In this document: positions 12,163-24,097 of the stretch, one piece after another
Layout: each line of letters begins with the position of its first letter
How positions within the stretch are numbered: position 1 is the first letter of the stretch
NCBI RefSeq assembly: GCF_006345805.1
Contig: NC_043005.1
Span: 109,058,001 to 109,122,000 of the forward strand
Direction: 5' to 3'
DNA: 64,000 nt
Origin: Octopus sinensis
Taxonomy: Eukaryota
Position numbers and translations under genes: made by a program
The notes under the pieces: model-generated
What the model was told of the DNA's origin: nothing
The model's database searches: none
What the model saw: only the letters and a program-made list of their open reading frames with translations

Positions 12163-12562
12163 CTTTTTCTCTTTTTACTTGTTTCAGTCATTTTGACTGT
12201 AGCCATGCTGGAGCACCACCTTTAATCAAGCAACTCGACCCTGGGACTTATTCTTTGTAAGCCCAGTACTTATTCTATCAGTCTCTTTTGCTGAACCGCT
12301 AAGTGACGGGGACATAAACACACCAGCATCAGTTGTCAGGCAATGCTAGGGGGACAAACACAGACACACAAACATACATGCACATACATATATATACATA
12401 TATACGACGGGATTCTTTCAGTTTCCGTCTACCAAATCCACTCACAAGGCTTTGATCGGCTCGAGGCTATAGTAGAAGACACTTGCCCAAGGCGCCACGC
12501 AGTGGGACTGAACCCGGAACCATGTGGTTGGTAAACAAGCTACTTACCACACAGCCACTCCT
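12163..12562 (-). mobile_element. SINE family A
   Basis: Reverse complement of the consensus. Confidence 0.9.
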
Positions 12563-12597
12563 GAGCCTATATATATATAATAATAATATATAATAGT

Positions 12598-13328
12598 AAT
12601 AATAAGTGTAAAATTAATTAATTAATTAATAATTAATAATTCCACCAAGTAGTGATTTGGTATGTAAAAGACCATTATCGGTTAATTTAAACAATATTTG
12701 TTATAATAAGGGTTAGGCAAAGGAATTTGCTTCACCTCACACCGAACTTTAGAAATAGCAGCCAAAAGAAAAAAACTAGCTATTTCTTCTCCTGTAAGAA
12801 ACAACTCCCAAACAATATATGCTCAAAAACGTATCATGTAGGCAGAGAAAGAAAACAACGAATTTCACCCGGACGCATTTCGAAATTAGATAGATATGAA
12901 AAATGCAAGAATCGCACTTCCATTCTGATCCTTTTTCTCATCAGCACAGTATTTCCATATATTTTAAATTTGGTAGCACTGAAAAGATCTGAACATACCT
13001 CTCTGATTCCAGTAACATCAGACAAATTATATCCGTGAACAGTACTGCTGAATTCAAAACATGCGAATGAGGTCCCGCAACTCTCCCTCGTCCACCCACG
13101 TGTGTTGCTAAGCAAAAATTCTACAGAAGAAAACTGTAGTTTACTGTCAGGGAGGGAATTGTATTATCAATAATAATAATAAGAGTAAAATTAATTAATT
13201 AATTAATAATTAATAATTCCACCAAGTAGTGATTCGGTATGTAAAAGACATTCTTTTGGCTGCTATTTCTAAAGTTCGGTGTGTGGTGAAGCAAATCCTT
13301 TTGCCTAACCCTTATTATAACAAATATT
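12598..13328. repeat. Unclassified element with direct (A) and inverted (B) ~75-bp repeats, arranged A-B...A-B'
   Basis: 12598-12672 matches 13175-13249; 12693-12770 is the reverse complement of 13251-13328. Confidence 0.8.
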
Positions 13329-13331
13329 ATA

Positions 13332-13490
13332 TAGGAGTGGCTGTGTGGTAAGTAGCTTGCTAACCAACCACATGGTTCCGGGTTCAGTCCCACTGCGTGG
13401 CATCTTGGACAAGTGTCTTCTGCTATAGCCCCGGGCTGACCAATGCCTTGTGAGTAGATTTGGTAGACGGAAACTGAAAGAAGCTTGTCG

Positions 13491-13521
<31 letters not shown>

Positions 13522-13745
13522 GTGTTTGTGTGTCTGTGTTTGTCCCCCTAGCATTGCCTGACAACCGATGCTGGTGTGTTTACGTCCCTGTCACTTAGCG
13601 GTTCGGCAAAAGAGACTGATAGAATAAGTACTGGGCTTACAAAGAATAAGTTCCGGGGTCAATTTGCTCAACTAAAGGCGGTGCTCCAGCATGGCCACAG
13701 TCAAATGACTGAAACAAGTAAAAGAGTAAAAGAGTAAAAAGAGTA
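13332..13745 (+). mobile_element. SINE family A
   Basis: Full-length, (AAAAGAGT)n tail. Confidence 0.9.
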
Positions 13746-14149
13746 TATATGAAAGGTTAGAAAATGCAATTTTAAAGATGCTATTCACTTGACTGGTTTC
13801 ACTTTTTTAGAAAAAGATTGTCAGAAGTGAAATGTAAAGCTTTGTAGAAGCTTTGTCGTGTCAAGTACTGGTTGTCACAAAAGTATTAAAATACAGATAT
13901 GCATTCTGTGGTAATAATAAGAAAATGTTAAATGTTTTTAAGAAAATGAAAACGTTTTTAACATTTTCTTATTATTATCAAAGAATGCATATATGTATTT
14001 TAATACCTTTGTGACAACCTGTACTTAACACAACAAAGCTTCTGCAAAGCTTTACATTTTACTTTTGACAATCTTTTTCTGAAACAGTGAAACCGGTCAA
14101 GTGAATAAACATCTTTAAAATTGCATTTTCTAACCTTTTTTCGTATATA
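13744..14149. mobile_element. Palindromic foldback element, ~200-bp arms, TA flanks
   Basis: GAAAGGTTAGAAAATGCAATTTTAAAGATG... mirrored by ...CATCTTTAAAATTGCATTTTCTAACCTTT; almost no spacer. Confidence 0.85.
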
Positions 14150-14283
14150 TTTCCACTCGTGCGGTACCTTACAATTTCACTTTACTATATATATATATAT
14201 ATATATGCATGAACTTTTCTAAACTTTTTTGTACTTTCTGTTTTTCTTATTGTCGTTTCTCTCAATCCGCACTTGTTGCCATG

Positions 14284-14466
14284 ATAGATTGCTAGCCACT
14301 AAACCTTTCTCTATTTTCTCTCCCTGTTAATTTCTCTGTTCCTTTCTGTCAAAGAGCATAGGCTCGAAATGTAAAAGACTTTCTCACTTCCTGTGTGTTA
14401 AACTAATACATCTGTTTGTTGTTTACATACCTGTGTTCGTCTTTTGTTTTTTGTAAATTCTCACTA
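14284..14466 (+). mobile_element. Penelope-like terminal-repeat fragment ending in (TA)n
   Basis: Matches 23457-23640 (minus) and part of 48515-48600; contains a minimal hammerhead-like fold. The PLE assignment is inferred from that fold. Confidence 0.55.
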
Positions 14467-14538
14467 TATATATATATATGTATATGTATATATATGTAAA
14501 TATATATATATATATGTATATATATATATTATATATAT

Positions 14539-14570
<32 letters not shown>

Positions 14571-14833
14571 ATAATATTTTATTTTCAGTTCTTTTATTAA
14601 CCTCACTGATATTTTTGCAGTATATTTAAATACTTTTTATATAAAAAGATATTCTCTCAGGAGCTTTTGACTTTGAGTTATATGATTTCTAAAAAAATAC
14701 TGCATATTTCACTTATGTATGTGTATTTGTGTGTGTGTGTGTGTGTGTGCGTGTGCGTGTATGCGTGTGCAAATATATATATAAGCATAGATAGACACAG
14801 ACATATATATGTGTGTGCTTTTATGTATGTGTA

Positions 14834-14904
<71 letters not shown>

Positions 14905-15135
14905 GTATATATATATACACACACAAATACATAGAGATATTTACTGTATATACATACATACATATATATATGTATATATAATATGAATAATATATATATA
15001 TATATATGCATATACACATACGCCTATATATATACTTACACCTATATGTATATATATATAAATACATAAATATATACATATATAAATATATATATACATA
15101 TATATACTTATATATCCATGTATATGTACACTCAT
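14467..15135. repeat. Compound (TA)n/(TG)n microsatellite fields
   Basis: Direct reading. Confidence 0.9.
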
Positions 15136-15317
15136 ACATATATAGATGAAAAGGGTGATGAGGATGACAGGTAAAGTAGGAGGAAGCTGAAAAGGATTGT
15201 ATAACTATATCCATTTAGCATGTTTTACAGCATATTAGCAATATTTTCTTAAGTGTTTTTGTTTTTTTTGTTTTCTTTCTTATCTTTGAGAATTTCATTG
15301 TTATCCATCATTATTGG

Positions 15318-15318
15318 G

Positions 15319-15350
<32 letters not shown>

Positions 15351-15438
15351 TAAATATATATATATATTATATATATATATATACATACACACACAAATAT
15401 ATACATATATATATATATATACACATATATATATACAT

Positions 15439-15481
<43 letters not shown>

Positions 15482-15482
15482 C

Positions 15483-15553
<71 letters not shown>

Positions 15554-15555
15554 TA
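15318..15555. repeat. (TA)n/(CA)n microsatellite
   Basis: Direct reading. Confidence 0.95.
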
Positions 15556-16248
15556 TAAATTTCATTGTTTATATTCATTCATGAGTATTTTATATGCATG
15601 TGTGTGCAGAATAATTGTGTATTTACAGATTTACAGGAATATACATTAGTTTTATCAGCTTTCATTTTCTCTGGAAGCAAAGATAAGTTCGCTTTATCAA
15701 TAATTTATTTTGTATGTTATTTAATATACCTTCATTCATATTTGTCATGTGAATGCACGCTACTGGACATTGAATTATTTCTTTTAACTCATTTTCACTT
15801 TGTTCATATATATGTGTGGATATATTTATCCTTCTATCTATTTAACTATTTATCTATGATATCTCTCTATTTTCTGAACATTTACCTATACTACCTACAT
15901 ACACACTACCCAGTCTACTCTATAAAGTGACTGGCATTATGAAGAGCATCTTGTCCTAAAACCATACCAAAGCAATCATCGCCAGTGCTGGTGCCACTTA
16001 GAAAACACCTAGGCCCCTCTGTAAAGTGGTTGATGTTAAGAAGGGTATCCAACTATAAAAACCATTCCAAGGCAGACAGTGAAGCTTGGCACAGTCTTCT
16101 GACTTATTAGTAAAAGTCAAACCATCCAACACATGCCAGCATGGAAAATAGCCACTAACTGATGTTGATGATGTCGATGATGATGATGTTGATGATGACG
16201 ACGGCAACGATGACGACGACGATGATGATGCTATATATATAGATAGTC

Positions 16249-16658
16249 GCAGGAGTGGCTGTGTGGTAAGTAGCTTGCTTACCAACCACATGGTTCCGGG
16301 TTCAGTGCCACTGTGTAGCACCTTCGGCAAATGTCTTCTACTATAGCCTTGGGCCGATCAAAGCCTTGTGAGTGGATATGGTAGATGGAAACTGAAAGAA
16401 GCCTGTTGTATATATGTATATGTATATATATGTATGTGTGTGCGTTTGTGTGTTTGTCCCTCTCAACATCGCTTGACAACTGATGCTGGTGTGTTTACGT
16501 CCTCATAACTTAGCAGTTCAACAAAAAAGACTGATAGAATAAGTACTAGGCTTCCAAAGAATAAGTCCTGGGGTCACTTTGCTCGACTAAAGGCGGTGCT
16601 CCAGCATGGCCGCAGTCATATGACTGAAACAAGTAAAAGGGTAAAAGCGAGTAAAGAG
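16249..16658 (+). mobile_element. SINE family A
   Basis: Full-length match. Confidence 0.9.
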
Positions 16659-17046
16659 AGATAAATCAATAGATAGCTTGATAGGTAAATACACATACAC
16701 ACACAATATATATACACATAAAACTATATATGATGGAATCTCCCTTCGAAGCCAGTGTAGGAGTGTTCAGTTTTTGCTGAATGACCTGCACAAATGATGT
16801 GTTTATAATAAACAAATGCATGTGCTGTATATTAGCTCACTCCCTCCATCAAACTGACATTGTCTGTGCAGCAGATGCACAAGTGTGTCATGCATCAAAT
16901 GTTGAAATGATTGGAGAGCAATGTAAAATGAAGTGTTTTGCTCAAGATCACAACAGGACATCCAGTCTGGTTATGAAGCCTATGATCTAATGATATTGTG
17001 AATTCAGCACCCTTACCACTAATCCACATGCCTTAACACACATATA

Positions 17047-17601
17047 CAGGGTGGACTGAAATGATCTGACACATTTGGAGGCTTAAGAAAAGCACAAAAT
17101 AAGAAATAATGAAAAGAAAAATTTTATTTTCTGAATGTACATATAATGCCATTTTATTTAATTAAGTTTCAAAAATTAAATCAGCCAAATGCTTCCCATC
17201 ATTGTCAACACACTGTTGGAGACGTTCGTGGAAGTTATCGATAACTCTATGGATCATTTCTTCTGGAATGGTGAAATGTGATTTCTTGTTGTGGGGATAT
17301 TTAAAATCAAAAGTATTCAGTCATCGCCCTCGATCTATTGATGAATTAAAACGGGCAATTTGTGTAGAAATAGCAACCATTCCAGAAGAAATGATCCATA
17401 GAGTTATCGATAACTTTCACGAACGTCTCCAACAGTGTGTTGACAATGATGGGAAGAATTTAGCTGATCTAATTTTTAAAGCTTAATGAAATAAAATGGC
17501 ATTATATGTACATTCAGAAAATAAAATTTTTCTTTTCATTATTTCATTTTTTGTTCTTTTATTAAGCCTCCAAATGTGTCAGATCATTTTGGTCCACTCT
17601 G
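17047..17601. mobile_element. Foldback MITE made from a mirrored Tc1/mariner transposase 3' end
   Basis: TA TSD; 226-bp arms at 17047-17272 and 17376-17601; spacer plus right arm encode CDFLLWGYLKSKVFSHRPRSIDELKRAICVEIATIPEEMIHRVIDNFHERLQQCVDNDGKNLADLIFKA*. Confidence 0.9.
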
Positions 17602-18119
17602 TATATATGTATGTATATATTCTATACCCTGATGTAATGCTGAGTAGCCATTAATTTCATGTACATCCTAGTTTTCTATCATTTAGCCTCTCAACACCTG
17701 AAATAAGGCCATCTCCCTCTCTACAATTTCTCTCACACAACCAAGAAGGTTTCTCATTTGTGTAGTGAGTTACTTGGCTTCCTCACTTGTACTGGTGCCA
17801 CGATAAAAGCCAGTACACTCAGTAAAGTGGTTGGTGTTAGGAAGGGTATCCAGGCATAGAAACCATGATAATGCTGACATTGAAGCTCAATGCTGTCCTC
17901 ATACTCATTGGATCCTGTCATGATGGACCATCCAAACCATAACAGCATTGAAGTTAGATGCCAAATTACGATGTGTGTATGTGTGTAACGGAAATACAAT
18001 GAAGAAGAACAAAAAGTAAACTACACAGGAGGGGCATATTTTAATAAATACATTAGTACCTTAATGCTTCAAAGTAAGGAAAGAGTGTGTACATTTTAGA
18101 CCATTTGTCTAGACCAGGA

Positions 18120-18522
18120 GCAGGAGTGGTTGTGTGGTAAGTAGCTTGCTTGCCAACCACATAGTTCCAGGTTCAGTCCCACTGCATGGCACCTTGGACA
18201 AATGTTTTCTACTATAGACTTGGGTCGACCAAAGCCTTGTGAGTGGATTTGGTAGACGGAAACTGAAAGAAGCCTGTCGTATATATGTATATGTATATGT
18301 GGGTATCTGTGTGTGTGCTTGTCCCACCAACATCACTTGACAACCGATGCTGGTGTGTTTATGACCCTATAACTTAGCAGTTCGGCAAAAGAGACCAATA
18401 GAATAAGTATTAGGCTTACAAATAATAAGTCCTGTCATCGATTTGCTTGACTCAAAGCTGTGCTCCAGCATGGCTGCAGTCAAATAACTGAAACAAGGAA
18501 AAGAGAAAGAGAGTAAAGAGTA
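18120..18522 (+). mobile_element. SINE family A
   Basis: Full-length match. Confidence 0.9.
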
Positions 18523-18687
18523 TAAATATCATTTATTTGTGTGTGTGTGGGGGGGGCGTGTGTGTGTATGCATGTGTGTACGTGTATGTATGTGTAAATA
18601 TTCTTCTTCTTCATCTTCTTCTTCTTCTTCTTCTTCTTCTCTTCTTCTTCTTCTTCTTCTTCTAATTATTATTATTATTATTATTAT

Positions 18688-19118
18688 TGAGTGAGAGAGC
18701 AGTGCATGCCATCAAAGTGACACTGGGGTAAAATATACGAAGCCCAATATACCCATCATGACTACCCGTCTGATAAGGGTACACCAGGCACATGCAAAAC
18801 ACCATATGTGCGCGACATGGTGATCTCATATCAAGATAAACAGCGCATGACCTTGCAGGTGGGACCCAGTTAGAATTTTCTTCAGGTTGAGTAACCCATC
18901 CCACTCAAAAGGTCTCAGAATACTGGTTGTTTAAGGATGTTGAATGAAACACCCATGTTTCCAGAGGTGAATTATTCAAACCCCAAAGAATCCCTCTCAA
19001 CACATAGCTATGATGCTCCCCCACTACTTCTGCTCAGGATCAGAGATGCACATATCATCAGCCACTAAGGGACATGCTCAACTGGTTAAGGTCAAACAAC
19101 TGACAAGCAAATGTGTGG
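18688..19118 (-). mobile_element. Non-coding repeat family G attached to (AAT)n, truncated by a SINE
   Basis: Matches 46488-47038 and 27138-27500; abuts (ATT)n. Confidence 0.8.
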
Positions 19119-19408
19119 CTCATGATCGTAAGGTTGTGAGTTCGATTCCCGGCGACGCGTTGTGTCCTTGAGCAAGACACTTTATTTCACGTTGCTCCAG
19201 TCCACTCAGCTGGCAAAAATGAGTTGTACTTGTATTTCAAAGGGTCAGCCTTGTCACTGTCTGTGTCACGCTGATTATCCCCGAGAACTACGTTAAGGGT
19301 ACACGTGTCTGTGGAATGCTCAGCCATTTGCACGTTAATTTCACGAGCAAGCTGTTCCGTTGATCGTATCAGCTGGGACCCTCGTCGTCGTAACCGGCGG
19401 AGTCTTTT
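19117..19408 (+). mobile_element. Young SINE family B2, slightly 5'-truncated
   Basis: About 3 differences in ~290 bp versus 32855-33179; CpGs intact. Confidence 0.9.
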
Positions 19409-19409
19409 T

Positions 19410-19410
19410 C

Positions 19411-19472
<62 letters not shown>

Positions 19473-19630
19473 CATCATTATCATTATCATTATTATCATT
19501 ATTATTATTATTAATATTATTATTATTATCATTATTATCATTATAATTATTATTATTATTATTATCATTATTATCATTATTATTATTATCATCATTATCA
19601 TCATCATTATTGTCATCATTATTATTATTT
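19410..19630. repeat. (ATT/ATC)n array
   Basis: Direct reading. Confidence 0.95.
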
Positions 19631-19634
19631 TTTT

Positions 19635-20420
19635 TTATGTCTCCTTTTCATTACAACTTTATTTCAGCTGCCATAGTACCGGGCATCCTCCGGAGGCCAA
19701 GAGTATCAAGGGCACTTTTGTTTTGATATGCATGCTAAAATTATCACCACTTTTATTTCATTTTAGATGGAGAGTGCTTTCCGTAGTAAATGGGCTGTAC
19801 CCATCAAGGTTATCTTTTATATTTCACGGAGATGGGAGTTACCAAAGAGTTGCTTGATATACTTCTCAGCTCCCTTCTTTATCATTCCCAATGCACCAAT
19901 TACCACTGGTGTTATCGTAGTACTAAGCTTCTACATTTTTGTAATTTCAATTTGCAGATCTTTATAATGAGAAAGTTCTTCGTATTCTTTTCTTGAGACA
20001 TTTTGATCTTGTGGGACAGACATATCTATTAACGACAAGTTCCTCTCTTGTAGTCTTTGATCACAATGTCTGGGCAAATGGAGTCAATTTTTCTGTCTTT
20101 TTGTATTAAGAAGTTCCAAAGGATGGTGATGCCCTCATCATTTACTACATCCTCTGGAGGGTGCCTGTACCATTTATCATGGGATTTAATTTCGTAGTAT
20201 TTACAAGCATTCCTAGTCTGTCATGTTTTATGAAGTACTCCTTTTCAGCGAGGACTGGGCAGCCAGAAACAACATGATCAATTGTCTCTGAAAATTTTTC
20301 ACAAATTCTGCACAAGGGATCAGACCCATCTTTAAGGACATTTGCATGGTAGTTTCTGGTAAGTAAGCTTTGATCTGCTGCAATAACAAAATCTTCTGTT
20401 TTTCCTTTCAGACTTGTCCC
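19635..20420 (-). pseudogene. 3' end of an R4/Dong-like LINE (CCHC knuckle, restriction-like endonuclease, 3'UTR)
   Basis: SLKGKTEDFVIAADQSLLTRNYHANVLKDGSDPLCRICEKFSETIDHVVSGCPVLAEKEYFIKHD..., TILWNFLIQKDRKIDSICPDIVIKD..., IDMSVPQD, PVVIGALGMIKKG; several stops and frameshifts. Confidence 0.85.
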
Positions 20421-20422
20421 TT

Positions 20423-20469
<47 letters not shown>

Positions 20470-20513
20470 ATCATCATCATCATCATCACCATCATCATCA
20501 CCATCACCATCAC

Positions 20514-20551
<38 letters not shown>

Positions 20552-20790
20552 ATCATTATCATCATCATTATTATTCTATGTTTGACTTTTGCTTTATGTT
20601 TGCACAAGCTGGCTCCAAGTCTCACCCAGAGACCTCAAGAGGCAACAAGTTGGAAGTTCATGTTGGTGTTATGCCTAGGGTGCCATATATTTGGTTTTGT
20701 ACTTAGTGTTGTACTAGTGAATGCCTAAAAAAACCATACAAATATTTGTTTGTTTTAAAACTTGTGATTACAAAGAAAGTTTTATTATTA

Positions 20791-20884
<94 letters not shown>

Positions 20885-20919
20885 CATTATTATTATTATC
20901 ATTATTATTATTATTATCA

Positions 20920-20960
<41 letters not shown>
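20421..20960. repeat. (CAT)n array (20421-20552) and (ATT)n array (20785-20960)
   Basis: Direct reading. Confidence 0.9.
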
Positions 20961-20961
<1 letters not shown>

Positions 20962-21172
20962 AACAGTGAGCTGGTAGAATTGTTACCACACTGGGCAAAA
21001 TACTTAGTGGTATTTCGTCCATCTTAACGTTCTGAGTTCAAATTCCCCTGAGGTCGACTTTGCCTTTCATCTTTTTGGGGTTGATTAATTAAGTACCAGT
21101 TACACACTGGAGTCGATGTAATCGACTAAATCCCCTCCCCCTAGCTACCCTTGTGGCAAAAAAATTTGAAAT
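20962..21172 (+). mobile_element. SINE family C
   Basis: Deu/Nin-like core present. Confidence 0.75.
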
Positions 21173-21914
21173 CATTATTATTACTATTATTGCTATCTAT
21201 ATCATTATTTTGATATTTTTGGCATCGCATATATATGAATATGTATATATGTATATGTATATACACACACACACAGTAGGACACACACACATACACACAC
21301 ACACACACATACACACAATTTTTCTTTTTTCTTTCATCATGTTTTTAATTTAAGTATATCAGTCTAGAATATATTTTCCTCATAGTGCTTCATTTTAAAC
21401 TTTACGATTCCATTTCTTTCTTACCATTTCCTCAAACTTGGCAATTTTTATAATACAAAAGAAGATTCATTTTTTTCTCTTCTTTTATATTCTGTCTTTA
21501 AATATTCCAAACATCAAATAACTAAAATAATAATCGAAAAAAAATTTAGTTCAAGAAAATGTCTGATAAAGTTACATATAAAAAAATCTGACAAAATGTT
21601 TTAACAAAGAGAAAAAAATGAGATAAACAAGGAGAATAAAATGATAAAAATGAGAAAAAATAGCTTTGTTTCTTTGAGATACCTTGAGGCAAAAATATGT
21701 TATATGTATACTATATATACTAGACATGTATACGTGTATATAGTGTATATTTCCTGTTATGTATATCTGTATAAGTGCGATTCTAAATGAATCTAAATTT
21801 GAGACCGTAAATATGTTGGAGAATTCATCGATATATAGTGTTAACTACGCATATTTATGAAATTACAGGAATACACATACACAGACACACAAATATGCAC
21901 AGACACAGACACAG

Positions 21915-21945
<31 letters not shown>

Positions 21946-22050
21946 TACACACCTGCATATGCATACCATAGTATGTATTTACATATATGGTGGTTATTAT
22001 AATTCTGTGTTCATGTGAGGACATTTGACTGTGTACATGCATATTTGTAG

Positions 22051-22197
<147 letters not shown>

Positions 22198-22930
22198 AAG
22201 TTCATCATATTATATCCGTTTTTCATGCTGGCAGCTTTTGATAGTTCATTAAGATCCGAGTCAGCCCTTATTCGGAGAAATTGCACTCCAAGGTAGATTA
22301 AAGGATTATTAGAAATTATGGTTTCCTCCCATGTGTAACTGAATTATAAAATCAAGTCTTATCTTTAGACAAAAAACTAACAATTTAATATTTCAGAAAA
22401 GAGAAAATGATTTAAAAGATTGATTTATCTGGTAGTTTCCACAATAACATATACATATATATATGTGCCTTTGAGTATAGACATATCTATGTGAACAAGC
22501 ATATATGCATGTGTGTTTTTATGTACATACATGCATATATGCATATATATATGTAGACATTCACATGCATGCACACTATATTGCACTACATAGTTAACTT
22601 GAATTAAATAAAATTTAATAAAAGTAAACCTGTGCCTTCCGACACACCCGATCATTTAGGTAAACTCAGTTATATATCATAGTTATGTTATTATGTATTT
22701 GTTGTGTTTATTTTATTGAAACTGTTGTTGTGCACATTTAAAAAATGTACTATTTATAAATTTTATGCTAAATATGTTGCTCTTAAGGTACATTTTAACC
22801 AATGATGTAGACAAATCGAGCCCTCTTAGATTTAGTACAATGTAGCCTTATGAACTGTTATTGACTGAGATCTTAAGTAGTGAGGATTTATTCTCTGGTG
22901 TTTATACATCAATTCCCTACATGTATAGGG

Positions 22931-23331
22931 AAGGAATGGCTGTGTGGTAAGTAGCTTGCTAACCAACCACATGGTTCCAGGTTCAGTCCCACTGCATGGC
23001 ATCTTGGGCAAGTGTCTTCTGCTATAGCCCAGGCTGACCAATGCCTTGTGAGTGGATTTGGTAGATGGAAACTGAAAGAAGCCTGTCGTATATATGTATA
23101 TATATATATGTGTATGTGTGTGTATGTGTTTGTGTGTCCCCCTAGCATTGCTTGACAACCGATGCTGGTGCGTTTATGTCCCCGTCACTTAGCAGTTCAG
23201 CAAAAGAGACTGATAGAATAAGTACTGGGCTTACAAAGAATAAGTCCCGGGGTCGATTTGCTCAACTAAAAGGCGGTGCTCCAGCATGGCCGCAGTCAAA
23301 TGACTGAAACAAGTAAAAGAGTAAAAGAGTA
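22931..23331 (+). mobile_element. SINE family A
   Basis: Full-length match. Confidence 0.9.
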
Positions 23332-23350
23332 TGTATCTATATGTGTGTAT

Positions 23351-23406
<56 letters not shown>

Positions 23407-23456
23407 GTATATCTGTCTGTCTGTCTATCTATCTATCTCTCTATATATATGTATAT

Positions 23457-23640
23457 ATAGTGAGAATTTACAAAAACAAAAGACGAAGACAGGTGTGTAA
23501 ACAACAAACAGACGTATTAGTTTAACGCTCGGGAAGTGAGAAAGTCTTTTATGTTTCGAGCCCTTGCTCTTCGACAGAAAGAGACACAGAAATAAACAGG
23601 AAGAGAAAATAAAAAATGTTTAGTGGCCAGTGATCTATAT
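23457..23640 (-). mobile_element. Penelope-like terminal-repeat fragment ending in (TA)n
   Basis: Reverse complement of 14284-14466. Confidence 0.55.
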
Positions 23641-23682
23641 TGTGTATGCATGTGTGTCTCTCTACGTGTATATTTATATATA

Positions 23683-23719
<37 letters not shown>

Positions 23720-23725
<6 letters not shown>

Positions 23726-23990
23726 GTGGTTGTCTACTGCTTATGCAGAATTTGACCAGCTTCTGTACCTATGCCTTAGGACCATCATGGCATCTAATGT
23801 GGTTTTTTAAACCAGATAATGTTTTGGAAAGACACCCACATTGATTGCACATCCGATTTGGACTGCCAAGAGCTGCAGATAAGTTCTGAATTTTGTGGAT
23901 CTTAAAATGTCTTTTGAGGCTTCCGTTAGATTTGCAAACATTCTGACATGCACATTGCATTGAAAGGTGTGCAAGGACATATAGGCAGAA
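23720..23990 (-). pseudogene. 3' terminus of an RTE-like LINE with two C2H2-type zinc fingers
   Basis: CACQNVCKSNGSLKRHFKIH ... CNQCGCLSKTLSGLKNHIRCH*, then a short 3'UTR running into (TA)n. Confidence 0.6.
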
Positions 23991-24097
23991 CATATATATA
24001 TAGGTTCAGCAAAATTTAGATTCAGACAAAAATGGTGCTTAAGTTAAAGACACCAGAATTTGGTATGGTATTATCCATATAAATCAAATAGGGTGAT

